From Gammaproteobacteria bacterium (GTDB taxonomy: Bacteria; Pseudomonadota; Gammaproteobacteria; UBA6186; Azoamicaceae): a stretch of DNA of 63,350 nucleotides. The notes under the pieces are model-generated. The model did no database searches, was not told the DNA's origin, and saw only the letters and a program-made list of their open reading frames with translations. Every line of letters begins with the position of its first letter. The stretch's first letter is position 1. The stretch covers positions 1-63,350 of the forward strand of contig DATLWY010000007.1 of assembly GCA_035576045.1 (NCBI GenBank), written 5' to 3'. Positions 51,166-59,980 of the stretch are shown here, in pieces. A program made the translations under genes and the position numbers.

Positions 51166-51638
51166 CGACTTATTTTTGGCTAAAATTGATTCACATTATC
51201 AGTGCAACCTTGATTTTTGGCACAGGGCTTGGTAGCGCTTTTTATCTATATCGAGCACATTTATCCAAAGATAATCGTGCCATTGCTTTTGCTGCTCGAA
51301 ACGTCGTAATTGCTGACTGGATGTTTACAACACCAGCAGTGATCATACAACCCATTACAGGTGTATGGTTAATGTATGTAATGAGCTATACGTGGCAAAC
51401 TCCCTGGATCTTGATTGCGCTGGGTCTTTTTGTTTTGGTGGGGGTTTGCTGGCTTCCCGTGGTTTGGATACAAATCAAAATCCGCCAATTAGCAGAGCAA
51501 TCACTTCAAACAGGAGACTTACTTTGTGAAAATCCTATTTATAAACGCTATATAAAAATTTGGTTTGCTTTAGGCTGGCCAGCTTTTAGTGCTGTCATCG
51601 TTATTTTTTATTTAATGGTATTTAAACCAAATTATTGA
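51078..51638 (+). CDS. Integral membrane protein (DUF2269-like), start uncertain
   Basis: Four TM helices beginning at LKLIHIISATLIFGTGLGSAFY. The ORF-track ATG at 51078 overlaps the previous gene by 88 nt. The only nearby in-frame alternative is TTG at 51186. Confidence 0.5.
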   Translation: MVRSLWCYIEKHSHHCCDFYHDSHVGATLTTYFWLKLIHIISATLIFGTGLGSAFYLYRAHLSKDNRAIAFAARNVVIADWMFTTPAVIIQPITGVWLMYVMSYTWQTPWILIALGLFVLVGVCWLPVVWIQIKIRQLAEQSLQTGDLLCENPIYKRYIKIWFALGWPAFSAVIVIFYLMVFKPNY

Positions 51639-51672
51639 ATCAGCTCTCTTATTAATTGACTATAATATACAC

Positions 51673-52095
51673 ATGGGACTCTGGAGGAAATTTACAAAAA
51701 CCATTTTTTATTACTGTCAAGGTAAAGGTAAACCATGGCGTTTAATTTTAATATGGTATTTTTTGCTAAACATTATATCACTTATACTTGGATTTTGCGC
51801 TCTTGCCTCATCAACTGCGTTAACAAAAACGGGTTGGTTAGTAAATGATATTTTAGCCGTTGTGATATGTTTAGTTTTTGGTTTTTTAGGGCAAATCGTC
51901 ACCTTTATTTATCCATTGATATTTGTTTACGCGCTGTGGAAATGTGCTTTTAACGTGAAATGGGAACCATTAGGTTTTATCATCGGGTTTTTTACTTTGC
52001 CTTTTTTAATTGCACATTCTATTCTGGGAACCCTGTATTTTATAGGTAGCATAATGATGTTTTATGGAGCCTTGGATATCTTTAAAAAATGGTGA
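51673..52095 (+). CDS. Hypothetical four-TM membrane protein
   Basis: 140-aa ORF with hydrophobic segments. No recognisable motif. Confidence 0.45.
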   Translation: MGLWRKFTKTIFYYCQGKGKPWRLILIWYFLLNIISLILGFCALASSTALTKTGWLVNDILAVVICLVFGFLGQIVTFIYPLIFVYALWKCAFNVKWEPLGFIIGFFTLPFLIAHSILGTLYFIGSIMMFYGALDIFKKW

Positions 52096-52220
52096 TCATT
52101 ATTTACTTGTCTTGTTTGCTAGTTGCTCAACCAGATGTCTTCAGTAAAATAATTTCTTGATTTGAAATACAACAATGCATAATATAGAGGCTGGATTTAC
52201 TATAGAGTGTAAAATTTATC

Positions 52221-53183
52221 ATGGAAGAAGCACAATCAATTTTTCGAATATTATCGATTGACGGCGGGGGGATTAGAGGAATAATCGCGGCTAGAATACT
52301 TCAATCATTAGAAGAAATTGCTAATAAACCTATCCACCAATTATTTGATCTCATCGTTGGAACCTCTACAGGCGGTATCATTGCACTAGCCCTAACTTGC
52401 CCAAATCAAGCTCAAAATGCCAAATTCTCCGCAAAACAACTCGTTGATATCTATAGGCTTCAGGCGGGTGATATATTTAAAAAATCTTTTTTGAGAAAAA
52501 TCATAACAGGAGGAGGCCTCTGGGGAGCCAAATATGATCGAACGAGTTTTGATTCTTTTTTGAACCAAATATTTGAGGATTCATTGTTTAGCCAAGCCCT
52601 TTGCCCGCTAGTGATACCTACTTATTCTCTTTTGAAAGGACAGCCCAATTTATTTAGTTCTAGAGAAACATTACAAAATAACATCGCATTATTTATGAAA
52701 GACTTGGCAGGCGCGACCAGCTCAGCGCCAACTTATTTTTCTCCTAAAGCATTTACAGATAATCAAGGTAATCATTATCTTGAAGCAGATGGCGGAATTT
52801 TTGCCAATAATCCCGAGGCTGTTGCAGCTGCGGAGGCTTTTGAGTTATGCCCTAATCTGAGTAAAAATAATATCCATATTATATCCATTGGTACTGGCAA
52901 TGTTAAATTAGGCAAGGGAGGTTTAGCTTTAAAAAACGCAGGCGTAATCGGTTGGGTGATGCAAGCTAATTTGATAGATATCATGATTGATTCTAATGTA
53001 AATTGGGCTAACGATGAAGTATCTATATATTATCCTTCGGCTCACCGATTGCAAATTCCGATCCCAAGCGATTTAGGACAAATGGATAATATTTCTGAAC
53101 ATAATATTAAAGGGCTTTTGAACGCTGCTGAAAAATTTATTGGAAATAATTCTGAAGTTTTGAAGCATATATGTAAAAGATAG
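52221..53183 (+). CDS. Patatin-like phospholipase
   Basis: Oxyanion hole LSIDGGGIRGI, nucleophile elbow GTSTGG (GxSxG), catalytic Asp in EADGGIFANNP. 320 aa. Confidence 0.85.
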   Translation: MEEAQSIFRILSIDGGGIRGIIAARILQSLEEIANKPIHQLFDLIVGTSTGGIIALALTCPNQAQNAKFSAKQLVDIYRLQAGDIFKKSFLRKIITGGGLWGAKYDRTSFDSFLNQIFEDSLFSQALCPLVIPTYSLLKGQPNLFSSRETLQNNIALFMKDLAGATSSAPTYFSPKAFTDNQGNHYLEADGGIFANNPEAVAAAEAFELCPNLSKNNIHIISIGTGNVKLGKGGLALKNAGVIGWVMQANLIDIMIDSNVNWANDEVSIYYPSAHRLQIPIPSDLGQMDNISEHNIKGLLNAAEKFIGNNSEVLKHICKR

Positions 53184-53241
53184 CATTAAAATAGCAGCAT
53201 CAATTGGGAACACAGTTAACTGTTAATATATCTTTAATAAG

Positions 53242-53790
53242 TTACCCGTAATCATTTACCCGATTTAACCAACCTTGAAGAAACTGGCTAAGATTTGGAT
53301 TATTTTTGACTAACGCTTGATAATAAAAGGTTACATTCTTACAAAATTCGGTTAGCAAATTGCTAGCATTTAATTTGTTAATAACAGTAAATGATTGTGA
53401 GCCAAGCATTCCATCTACTTCTAAACTTGAGCCAAGCTGAGAACAGGCTTTTTGTAGCAATTTAGCAGCTTCTGCTGGTCCAATGTTGATCGCGATATCA
53501 AAGACTTTATTTGCTAAAAATTGGTCATTAATATTTCCATATTGATATTTATCCCACCAATCTTGCTTATATAAGAGCCTTGCTTCCGCTATATTCATAT
53601 TGCGTACATCGAAAGCGTCAACCGTTGGCTGTTCATCTATTATTACGCCTGGGGGCAAATTATTCCCCAGTGCTTTTAGAAATCGCAGTGAAACGCCATA
53701 ATTTGTAATGCCGCCCGGATCTGCAAGGTTATTGCTTAATCCGCCTTCGTGCTTCAGGACAAAAGATATGGCCAGATTAAAATCACTCAA
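53242..53790 (-). CDS. GH108-type lysozyme / peptidoglycan-binding (PG_binding_3) protein
   Basis: FVLKHEGGLSNNLADPGGITNYGVS matches the GH108 N-terminal EGGY..d..DpGG.TnyGI block. TTG 53790 is preceded by an AAGGAAG RBS. The ORF-track start is TTG 53814. Confidence 0.7.
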   Translation of the reverse strand: MSDFNLAISFVLKHEGGLSNNLADPGGITNYGVSLRFLKALGNNLPPGVIIDEQPTVDAFDVRNMNIAEARLLYKQDWWDKYQYGNINDQFLANKVFDIAINIGPAEAAKLLQKACSQLGSSLEVDGMLGSQSFTVINKLNASNLLTEFCKNVTFYYQALVKNNPNLSQFLQGWLNRVNDYG

Positions 53791-53986
53791 TCTATCTTCC
53801 TTACGCAAAAACAAAACTATAAGATTTAAATTTGATTGTTATAGTATAGTATGGAAGATTTAAATATTTTAGGGTAATTCGATTTTATTTATGATTTAAT
53901 GAAAAATTATTTATAAAATATAAGCTATATTATTTTTTTAAAAAAAATCAACAAGAAAAATGAGGTAATCCATATGAAAAATTTGC

Positions 53987-54130
53987 TTGTGGATACACGT
54001 AAAAAACTACAGGTTTTTTAGTGCTGTTTTGACAAGGGATTCTTGACATTTAATATACGTTTAAGGCAATCTCCCAGAATAAAGCCTAATAAATAATATT
54101 GGAGATTTAGTTGTGGATACACGTAAAAAA
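53987..54130 (+). repeat. Perfect 20-bp direct repeat TTGTGGATACACGTAAAAAA (53987-54006 and 54111-54130); the second copy contains the ankyrin gene start
   Basis: Read directly from the sequence. The first copy lies inside a 15-codon mini-ORF MKNLLVDTRKKLQVF* (53974-54021) that shares VDTRKK with the N-terminus of the ankyrin ORF. Confidence 0.85.
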
Positions 54131-57100
54131 ATAATGTTAACGCGAAAACAAATGTTAGATTTTTTTAGAACTTCTGATACCAAAGGGTTTTTAGAAGCTA
54201 TGCGTGCACTTAAAGGTGTAAGTGCAAATATAAACACCGCAAATTCGGATGGCGTAACGCTTGTTTATATGGCGGCTGAAAAGGATTATGCAAATTCCAT
54301 ACATGAACTGTATGCCGCAGGTGCAAACGTAAATATTGCAAGGCACGATGGTGCAACGCCTATTTTTATTGCCGCTCAAGAGGGGCATACAGAAACCATC
54401 TATGCACTGTGTGCTGCAGGCGCGAACATAAATTCATTGATGCCGGATGGGCTAACTCCGATTCATATCGCTGCCTCAAAGGGGCGCTCAGGAGTCATCT
54501 ATGCACTGTGTGCTGCAGGCGCGAACGTAAATTCATTGATGCCGGATGGCCAAACTCCAATTCATATCGCTGCTGGAAAGGGACATGTAGCCGCTATACG
54601 TGCGCTATACGTTGCAGGGGCAAACGTAAATGCTGTAAGTTCGAATGGTGAAACTCCCCTTTTTATTGCTGCTCGAGAAGGGCATGTAGATGTTATAGAT
54701 GAACTATATGCCGCAGGTGCAAACGTCAATACTGTAAGTTATGGCGTAACTCCCGTTTGGATCGCTGCGCTAGGCGGCCATGTAAAGGCCATACGTGCTC
54801 TGCATACCGCAGGTGCAGACATAAATACACCAAGGTCGGATGGCGTTACTCCGGTTCATATCGCTGCTCAAAGGGGTCATGCAGATGCCATATGCGTACT
54901 CCATCTCTTAGGCGCAGACGTAAATACATCGATGTCGAACGGAGTAACTCCCCTTCATGTCGCTGCTTTCGAGGGGAATTTAGGAGTAATCGATGCACTT
55001 ATAGCTGCGGGCGCGGATGTAAATGTTCTAGATACTGATGACCTTACCCCACTTTATATTGCATCTGAAAAAGGCCATTCCAAGATTGTTGCTGCGTTAT
55101 TGAAAGCGGGCGCTGAGGCACAGATTAAAATAAAAATAGAGGGCTGCACGGCATTAGAAATAGCGAAACAACGCTTTGAGAAGAATCGAAAACAAGAACA
55201 CTTAGCGGTCATTGAGGTATTCGCTACCCATTCAAAGGAAGTAGAACAACGCAACAAACAGATTGCAAAAAAAGCAAAGAAACAAAAACAAAAACAAAAT
55301 GAGCAGGAAAAAGCCCTAATAGAGAATGAAAAAAGAGAACGTATGCAGGGGAAAAACTTATTTCTTGATTCGCTTAGTACTAAAGACCGGGAACTAGAAC
55401 AAATAAAGAATCAGACTAAATCATTAGAAGATAAAAGAAAAGATTTAAAAGTAGAGATTTTTTCGAAAAATATTGTAATGACTGAGAAACTAGTCCAGAC
55501 GTTAGAAGGACGTAAAAACAACGAACGCTTGCGGTTGTTAGAGAAAAATGCTTTAAGTTTAGAAGAGTGGGTTGATCTAGACCATCAAATAAAGATTCAA
55601 AAGCAAAAAGTTGAGATGGCGATAAAGCATTTTTCACAATTGGTTAAAGGCTTAGAAAGTGGATTTTCTGGCAAAGAAAATATGATGTTACAAGAAAAAT
55701 TTAGCGTATTTTCAAAAGTGGGCGAAGCTTTAACGGGCGAAATAAATAATTCCAAAAATGAAATATTAAAAACAGCATTGGTTGATTTTCAAGCAGAATG
55801 GACTTTGCTACAGAGAGAACAGAGGGCACTTTTGGAGCTGATACGTAAGCTAGAAATACTGAGTCAAAGCTTGACCGAGCGACAAGACTTAGTAAACGGA
55901 TTTAGGCTAGGTAAAGATAATGGCGTTTTAACAAAAGATGTATTACATAAGATTAGCGAAATAGCCACAAGGATCCAAAAAACAATAGCGAATCAAAAAG
56001 AATTTGATTCAGCGAGCCAGGCAGCGGAAGCTCTTGCAAGGGCAACTAAAAAATCTCTACCTCGAAGTGCGCTCCAAACTGCACTTATGCTCCCTACGGC
56101 AATAGAACCTAATCAAGACTTAAGAGAAGCGGCGAATGTCCATACACGAGAATCCATTCCACAAGTGTTAGAAGGGGCAATATCGAAAACAACATCTAAT
56201 AAAGAAGACCGTAGATTAGCCTATGCACGCATGCGTGCCAAACAAATGGAAGATTTAAAAATAAACACAGAAAGAGCTGCTATAGATTTTCATCGTAGTA
56301 GGACAGCAGCAGAGATTGAAGCAAGACAAGTTCCGATTCCTGGATGCAAGAAAGAAGAGAAGATCACCCTTGAACAAAGCCCTTTACTGAAGATGTATCT
56401 GCAGTCGTTAGGTTTACTGATAGCGAGGCTAAGGCACAATCATGAGTGGCAACCAGAGGAATTGTATGCTTTACTCGGGAATCTAGGTCAAGTAAATGAG
56501 ATTATTGTTCAAGAGAGAAAGCATGACGCGATTGCGAGAATTGCCAAGCGGCTTAGAAATGCCATTTTCAAGCAGCATAAAGTAATACAGACCAAGCTCA
56601 ATTCTGTGCAATTATGGGAGATGGCGGCCTGTTGGCATGAATTTTTACAAACAGAACAAATAAGCATTTTTGAAAACGAAGAGGCTATTTTACAAAATCT
56701 AAAATCAGATTCATTACGAGTGGTCTATGCGCTAGGAAAAAATTTAGATATAGAGGCCAAAACTGAAGATGAACATTGGGCGATCGTAACAGCGAATATC
56801 GATATCCATAAAAGTATAAATTACATTAAGCAAATGCAAGCCTATTGGAAAGGGCGGGAAGTACGAAAGAGTGATGATGATCTTATTAATTATGCCGCTG
56901 ATGATTTTTATTGGGCAATTATGGGTTCGGAATTGGTCGCTTTAACAGAGGCAAGAAGACAAGGCAAGGCGGGGGCGGCGAATGCTTTAAGACGGTTTAA
57001 GTCCTTAACACCTTATTTGTCTGAATTTAGGGATAGAGGCGTGTTTTCGAGACATCCTTTAACGCGGTTAGCAGAAGAGCGCTCAAATATGTTATTAGCG

Positions 57101-57283
57101 ATTAAAAATGCGGATGACTCTTTTAGTCCCTGGCACTCACTACCGGAATCACAAATGATGTGTTTTTCGCCAAATGTAAAACTCCACTTAAATCCGGTTA
57201 AAAAGAAGGAAATTTTTGGTTCAGAAATTAACACCCCCCCTGAATATGGAAGTAACGCGCAAACCAGTGTATTAAGCCTGTAG
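54113..57283 (+). CDS. Ankyrin-repeat protein (about 9-10 ANK repeats) with a coiled-coil region and a roughly 600-aa C-terminal region of unknown function; candidate Dot/Icm effector
   Basis: Repeats fit the consensus G-x-TP(I/L)HIAA-x-GH-x3-(I/V)-x-L-x3-GA(N/D)VN from about aa 43 to 370. These are followed by the Lys/Gln/Glu-rich KQIAKKAKKQKQKQNEQEK. GTG start at 54113 has a GGAG RBS. An alternative ATG is at 54134. Confidence 0.85.
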   Translation: MDTRKKIMLTRKQMLDFFRTSDTKGFLEAMRALKGVSANINTANSDGVTLVYMAAEKDYANSIHELYAAGANVNIARHDGATPIFIAAQEGHTETIYALCAAGANINSLMPDGLTPIHIAASKGRSGVIYALCAAGANVNSLMPDGQTPIHIAAGKGHVAAIRALYVAGANVNAVSSNGETPLFIAAREGHVDVIDELYAAGANVNTVSYGVTPVWIAALGGHVKAIRALHTAGADINTPRSDGVTPVHIAAQRGHADAICVLHLLGADVNTSMSNGVTPLHVAAFEGNLGVIDALIAAGADVNVLDTDDLTPLYIASEKGHSKIVAALLKAGAEAQIKIKIEGCTALEIAKQRFEKNRKQEHLAVIEVFATHSKEVEQRNKQIAKKAKKQKQKQNEQEKALIENEKRERMQGKNLFLDSLSTKDRELEQIKNQTKSLEDKRKDLKVEIFSKNIVMTEKLVQTLEGRKNNERLRLLEKNALSLEEWVDLDHQIKIQKQKVEMAIKHFSQLVKGLESGFSGKENMMLQEKFSVFSKVGEALTGEINNSKNEILKTALVDFQAEWTLLQREQRALLELIRKLEILSQSLTERQDLVNGFRLGKDNGVLTKDVLHKISEIATRIQKTIANQKEFDSASQAAEALARATKKSLPRSALQTALMLPTAIEPNQDLREAANVHTRESIPQVLEGAISKTTSNKEDRRLAYARMRAKQMEDLKINTERAAIDFHRSRTAAEIEARQVPIPGCKKEEKITLEQSPLLKMYLQSLGLLIARLRHNHEWQPEELYALLGNLGQVNEIIVQERKHDAIARIAKRLRNAIFKQHKVIQTKLNSVQLWEMAACWHEFLQTEQISIFENEEAILQNLKSDSLRVVYALGKNLDIEAKTEDEHWAIVTANIDIHKSINYIKQMQAYWKGREVRKSDDDLINYAADDFYWAIMGSELVALTEARRQGKAGAANALRRFKSLTPYLSEFRDRGVFSRHPLTRLAEERSNMLLAIKNADDSFSPWHSLPESQMMCFSPNVKLHLNPVKKKEIFGSEINTPPEYGSNAQTSVLSL
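54398..54595 (+). repeat. Near-identical 99-bp tandem DNA repeats encoding adjacent ANK units
   Basis: atctatgcactgtgtgctgcaggcgcgaac[a/g]taaattcattgatgccggatgg... occurs at 54398 and again at 54497, with only about 5 mismatches over the first 77 nt. Confidence 0.85.
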
Positions 57284-57375
57284 TATGTATATACATCCCC
57301 TTGCTATTTTTGGGTCATCCCGGCTATTAGCAAAAAAGAGGTCAAATCGAGGCTTTGTAGTAGTTAAATTAATGA

Positions 57376-57750
57376 CTAGTACATGGCCTTGCGCTGACCT
57401 TTTTGGTTTTTTTCTCCAGCTCTCATAAGATGCAACAGACCATGGGCCAAATTCAAATACGTACTCGTTACTTGTTGGCTTTTTGCTTTAACGTCGTGTT
57501 CTGTCAAATTCCAGAACATAATACCCTTAAATCCAGCCTCTGAGGCATACTTCATCCAGGATTGTCTTAGGGGGGATAGATATCCTTCTGGCCATGATTG
57601 AGGTCCAGCTTTTTACCTTTCTTTTTAAGAGCCCGAGTCAAATTCAATCGGAATCCTATGCGTTAACACAATTACTTATTTAGCAGAATGCATACTGAGA
57701 GAAAACATTATTGCTCGTTCTAGTTTACCAAGGCATAATGCTTTGTTCAT
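57376..57750 (-). pseudogene. Decayed gene remnant: 125-codon frame with three in-frame TAA stops
   Basis: The minus strand reads MNKALCLGKLERAIMFSLSMHSAK*VIVLTHRIPIEFDSGS*KER*KAGPQSWPEGYLSPLRQSWMKYASEAGFKGIMFWNLTEHDVKAKSQ...KAMY*. The tail AGFKGIMFWNL..D is reminiscent of the C-terminal strand of TIM-barrel glycosyl hydrolases (GH18-like). The family call is tentative. Confidence 0.35.
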
Positions 57751-57788
57751 GCGAATCGTTTTAGTTCAGTGTATCCAGAGGGGAGGGT

Positions 57789-57947
57789 ATGCCAAAAGAG
57801 CTTGTTAGTGCTATACGCACTTTAGATCTAAGGTTAGTTGGGAGCAGCCTAGAACAAAACACAATATTAAAACAGATTGATAACAATTTGCGGCTAATTA
57901 TAACAGAGGCCTTAATTAAGCAATTTCCAATTAATACGGATGGATAA
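57789..57947 (+). CDS. Small ORF (52 aa) translationally coupled to the downstream ABC exporter
   Basis: GGGGAGGG RBS directly upstream of the ATG at 57789. The TAA at 57945-57947 is followed 2 nt later by the ABC gene ATG (57950). The peptide is MPKELVSAIRTLDLRLVGSSLEQNTILKQIDNNLRLIITEALIKQFPINTDG. It has no Cys and no GG leader. Confidence 0.35.
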   Translation: MPKELVSAIRTLDLRLVGSSLEQNTILKQIDNNLRLIITEALIKQFPINTDG

Positions 57948-57949
57948 TA

Positions 57950-59710
57950 ATGAAAAACCCATATTTTAGGTTAGTACATGCAGTATGGCGCTATGGATCA
58001 TCATGGCATCGTGCAATCGTAGGATACTACCTTGCTTTTATAGTAGGGCAAGGATTTATCAGTTTAACGCCCTTTGCGTTTGGTCGTGCTATTGATGTAT
58101 TGCAAGGTTTTCGAGTCGAACGCCTTAATGAGGTTATATTTTGGCTCTGTGCTAGTGTTGTTTTTGTATTATTATTTTGGGTTTTTCATGGTCCAGCACG
58201 CGTCGTTGAACGACATGTTGCTTTGAAGATCCAACAAACCTTTCGTCTTAAAATGTATGCAGATCTCTCACATTTACCGCTTAAATGGCATCAAAACCAC
58301 CATTCTGGCAATATCCTGACACGTATTAATCGTTCATCAACAGCACTTCATCGCTTTGCAGAATCTCAATTTTTTTACATTGAAACAATTGTTAAATTTG
58401 TGACTTCTATAGGGTTTTTGCTCTGGATTTCTTTACCCGTAGGTTTTATTAGCCTATTTTCTTCGCTATTGGTGATGATCACTATACTGTTATTTGATCG
58501 TAAACTGATTCCTCTTTATGAAACTGAAAACGAAATTGACAATCGTGTAGGTGCTGTATTGTTCGATTATATTAACAACATGACTACCATTTTGACGTTG
58601 CGTCTTGGGGAATTAACACATGCCAATTTATTTCAACGCTTGATGTCTGTTTGGCCATTTTTTAAAAAAGAAGCGGTTTTAAATGAAATAAAATGGTTTA
58701 CCATGATGACTTTGCTCTCAATTATTCAAACAGTTATTCTAGTAGGCTATATTGTACATACCTTAAATACAACGGGTACCATTATGATAGGCATTGTAGT
58801 GATGCTTTTTCGCTACCAATATGAATTGCATAATGTATTTTTTGAATTAAGCTCCCATTATGGTGAAATTGTACGTATGGATACGGATGTCAGGGGCATT
58901 CAACCCATCGTAGATGATATCAATCGTTTAGCATACTTGCCTCAAGGTGCAGCCGTTGCTAGGCAATGGCATACTATTGAAATATCTGATCTTACTTTTC
59001 ATCATGCACCCGGTGAAAAGCGTGGTCAAATTTTCGACAACATAAGTTTTAAAATAAAACGCGGTGAGAAAATTGCCTTAATTGGGACAAGCGGGGGAGG
59101 AAAAAGCACTTTGCTTAACCTTCTATGTGGACTTTATACATCCTCTTCGGTCAGCTTACGGATCGATGGGATATCTTTTAGTTCGCTTGAACCGCTACAA
59201 GCCATTACAACGCTTATCCCTCAAGACCCTGAACTCTTTGAAAATACTATCGCCTTCAATATTACACTCGATTTACCGGCTGAGACCGATGAAATTCATC
59301 ATGTTGTAAATCTTGCTGGATTTTCAAATGTACTAGCAACGCTACCAGAAGGCCTAAAGACCGATATCCGTGAAAAAGGTCTCAATTTTTCCGTAGGGCA
59401 AAAACAAAGATTAGCGCTAGCACGGGGCTTATTCGCCGCGCGACACAGTTCACTCATATTAATGGACGAACCCACCTCGAGTGTTGACTTACCCACAGAA
59501 AAAGAGATCTTAGGGAAAGTTATAGATGCATTTCCTGAAGCAGCATTAATAATATCGTTACATCGACTACATCTTTTGCCCCACTTTGATAACGTCATTA
59601 TGCTAGCCAATGGCAACATTGTCGCTGCAGGTTCCATTCCAGATTTACTAAATACCCCCGGTCCTGTTTATGACTTATGGCAGGCTTATCATCAACAAGA
59701 TGTCAACTAA
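57950..59710 (+). CDS. ABC exporter, fused permease/ATPase (type I exporter, MsbA-like architecture)
   Basis: Six N-terminal TM helices. Walker A GTSGGGKST, signature FSVGQKQRLALARGLF, Walker B LILMDEPTSSVD, H-loop SLHRL. Confidence 0.88.
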   Translation: MKNPYFRLVHAVWRYGSSWHRAIVGYYLAFIVGQGFISLTPFAFGRAIDVLQGFRVERLNEVIFWLCASVVFVLLFWVFHGPARVVERHVALKIQQTFRLKMYADLSHLPLKWHQNHHSGNILTRINRSSTALHRFAESQFFYIETIVKFVTSIGFLLWISLPVGFISLFSSLLVMITILLFDRKLIPLYETENEIDNRVGAVLFDYINNMTTILTLRLGELTHANLFQRLMSVWPFFKKEAVLNEIKWFTMMTLLSIIQTVILVGYIVHTLNTTGTIMIGIVVMLFRYQYELHNVFFELSSHYGEIVRMDTDVRGIQPIVDDINRLAYLPQGAAVARQWHTIEISDLTFHHAPGEKRGQIFDNISFKIKRGEKIALIGTSGGGKSTLLNLLCGLYTSSSVSLRIDGISFSSLEPLQAITTLIPQDPELFENTIAFNITLDLPAETDEIHHVVNLAGFSNVLATLPEGLKTDIREKGLNFSVGQKQRLALARGLFAARHSSLILMDEPTSSVDLPTEKEILGKVIDAFPEAALIISLHRLHLLPHFDNVIMLANGNIVAAGSIPDLLNTPGPVYDLWQAYHQQDVN

Positions 59711-59737
59711 AAGGATCGCAAATCATTTTCGACAATT

Positions 59738-59980
59738 TTGTGTTTAAACAAAGAAATTATTAATATGTTAATTAAAAAAAATTTTAATGATTTGCAAGGA
59801 AGTTGGAAATTTCAAAGAAAATTAGGAGGTAAGACAGAAAATATTTTTTATGGTAAGGCAGTTGAAATTGCTGTTTCTGAAAAGATAGAGAATAATGCTC
59901 TCTTTTATAAAGAAGCGGGTATATTTATCTCTCAAGTTGGTTTTAGGAGGTCTTGGTGTCTGATTCAGCAAAGAAAGTAA
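59738..59980 (+). CDS. Hypothetical short ORF, possibly a truncated gene
   Basis: 80 aa (71 aa from the ATG at 59765). LQGSWKFQRKL...FYGKA...LFYKEAG resembles the N-terminal half of small beta-barrel (DUF6314-like) proteins. The ORF runs into the GNAT gene start. Confidence 0.25.
   Translation: MCLNKEIINMLIKKNFNDLQGSWKFQRKLGGKTENIFYGKAVEIAVSEKIENNALFYKEAGIFISQVGFRRSWCLIQQRK

Noticed and set aside
54049-54068. PmrA-like tandem box TTTAATATA-cg-TTTAAGGCA upstream of the ankyrin gene.
   Set aside because: The 11-bp periodicity is right, but the second half-site matches the cTTAATatT consensus poorly. No convincing -10 element follows at the expected distance. I mention it only as context in the 5'-duplication finding.
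54239-55223. Regularly spaced 99-bp repeats that could superficially suggest a CRISPR-like array. The same applies to the 24/33-bp repeats at 676-825.
   Set aside because: The repeats are contiguous with no unique spacers, in frame, and encode ANK units or Lys-rich peptide repeats. No cas genes are present in the window.
56555-56578. R-N-A-I-F-K-Q-H (Rx6H) in the C-terminal region of the ankyrin protein, reminiscent of a HEPN RNase motif.
   Set aside because: It is a single short motif with non-canonical spacing and no other HEPN features I can verify by eye. That is too weak to call. Structure prediction would be needed.
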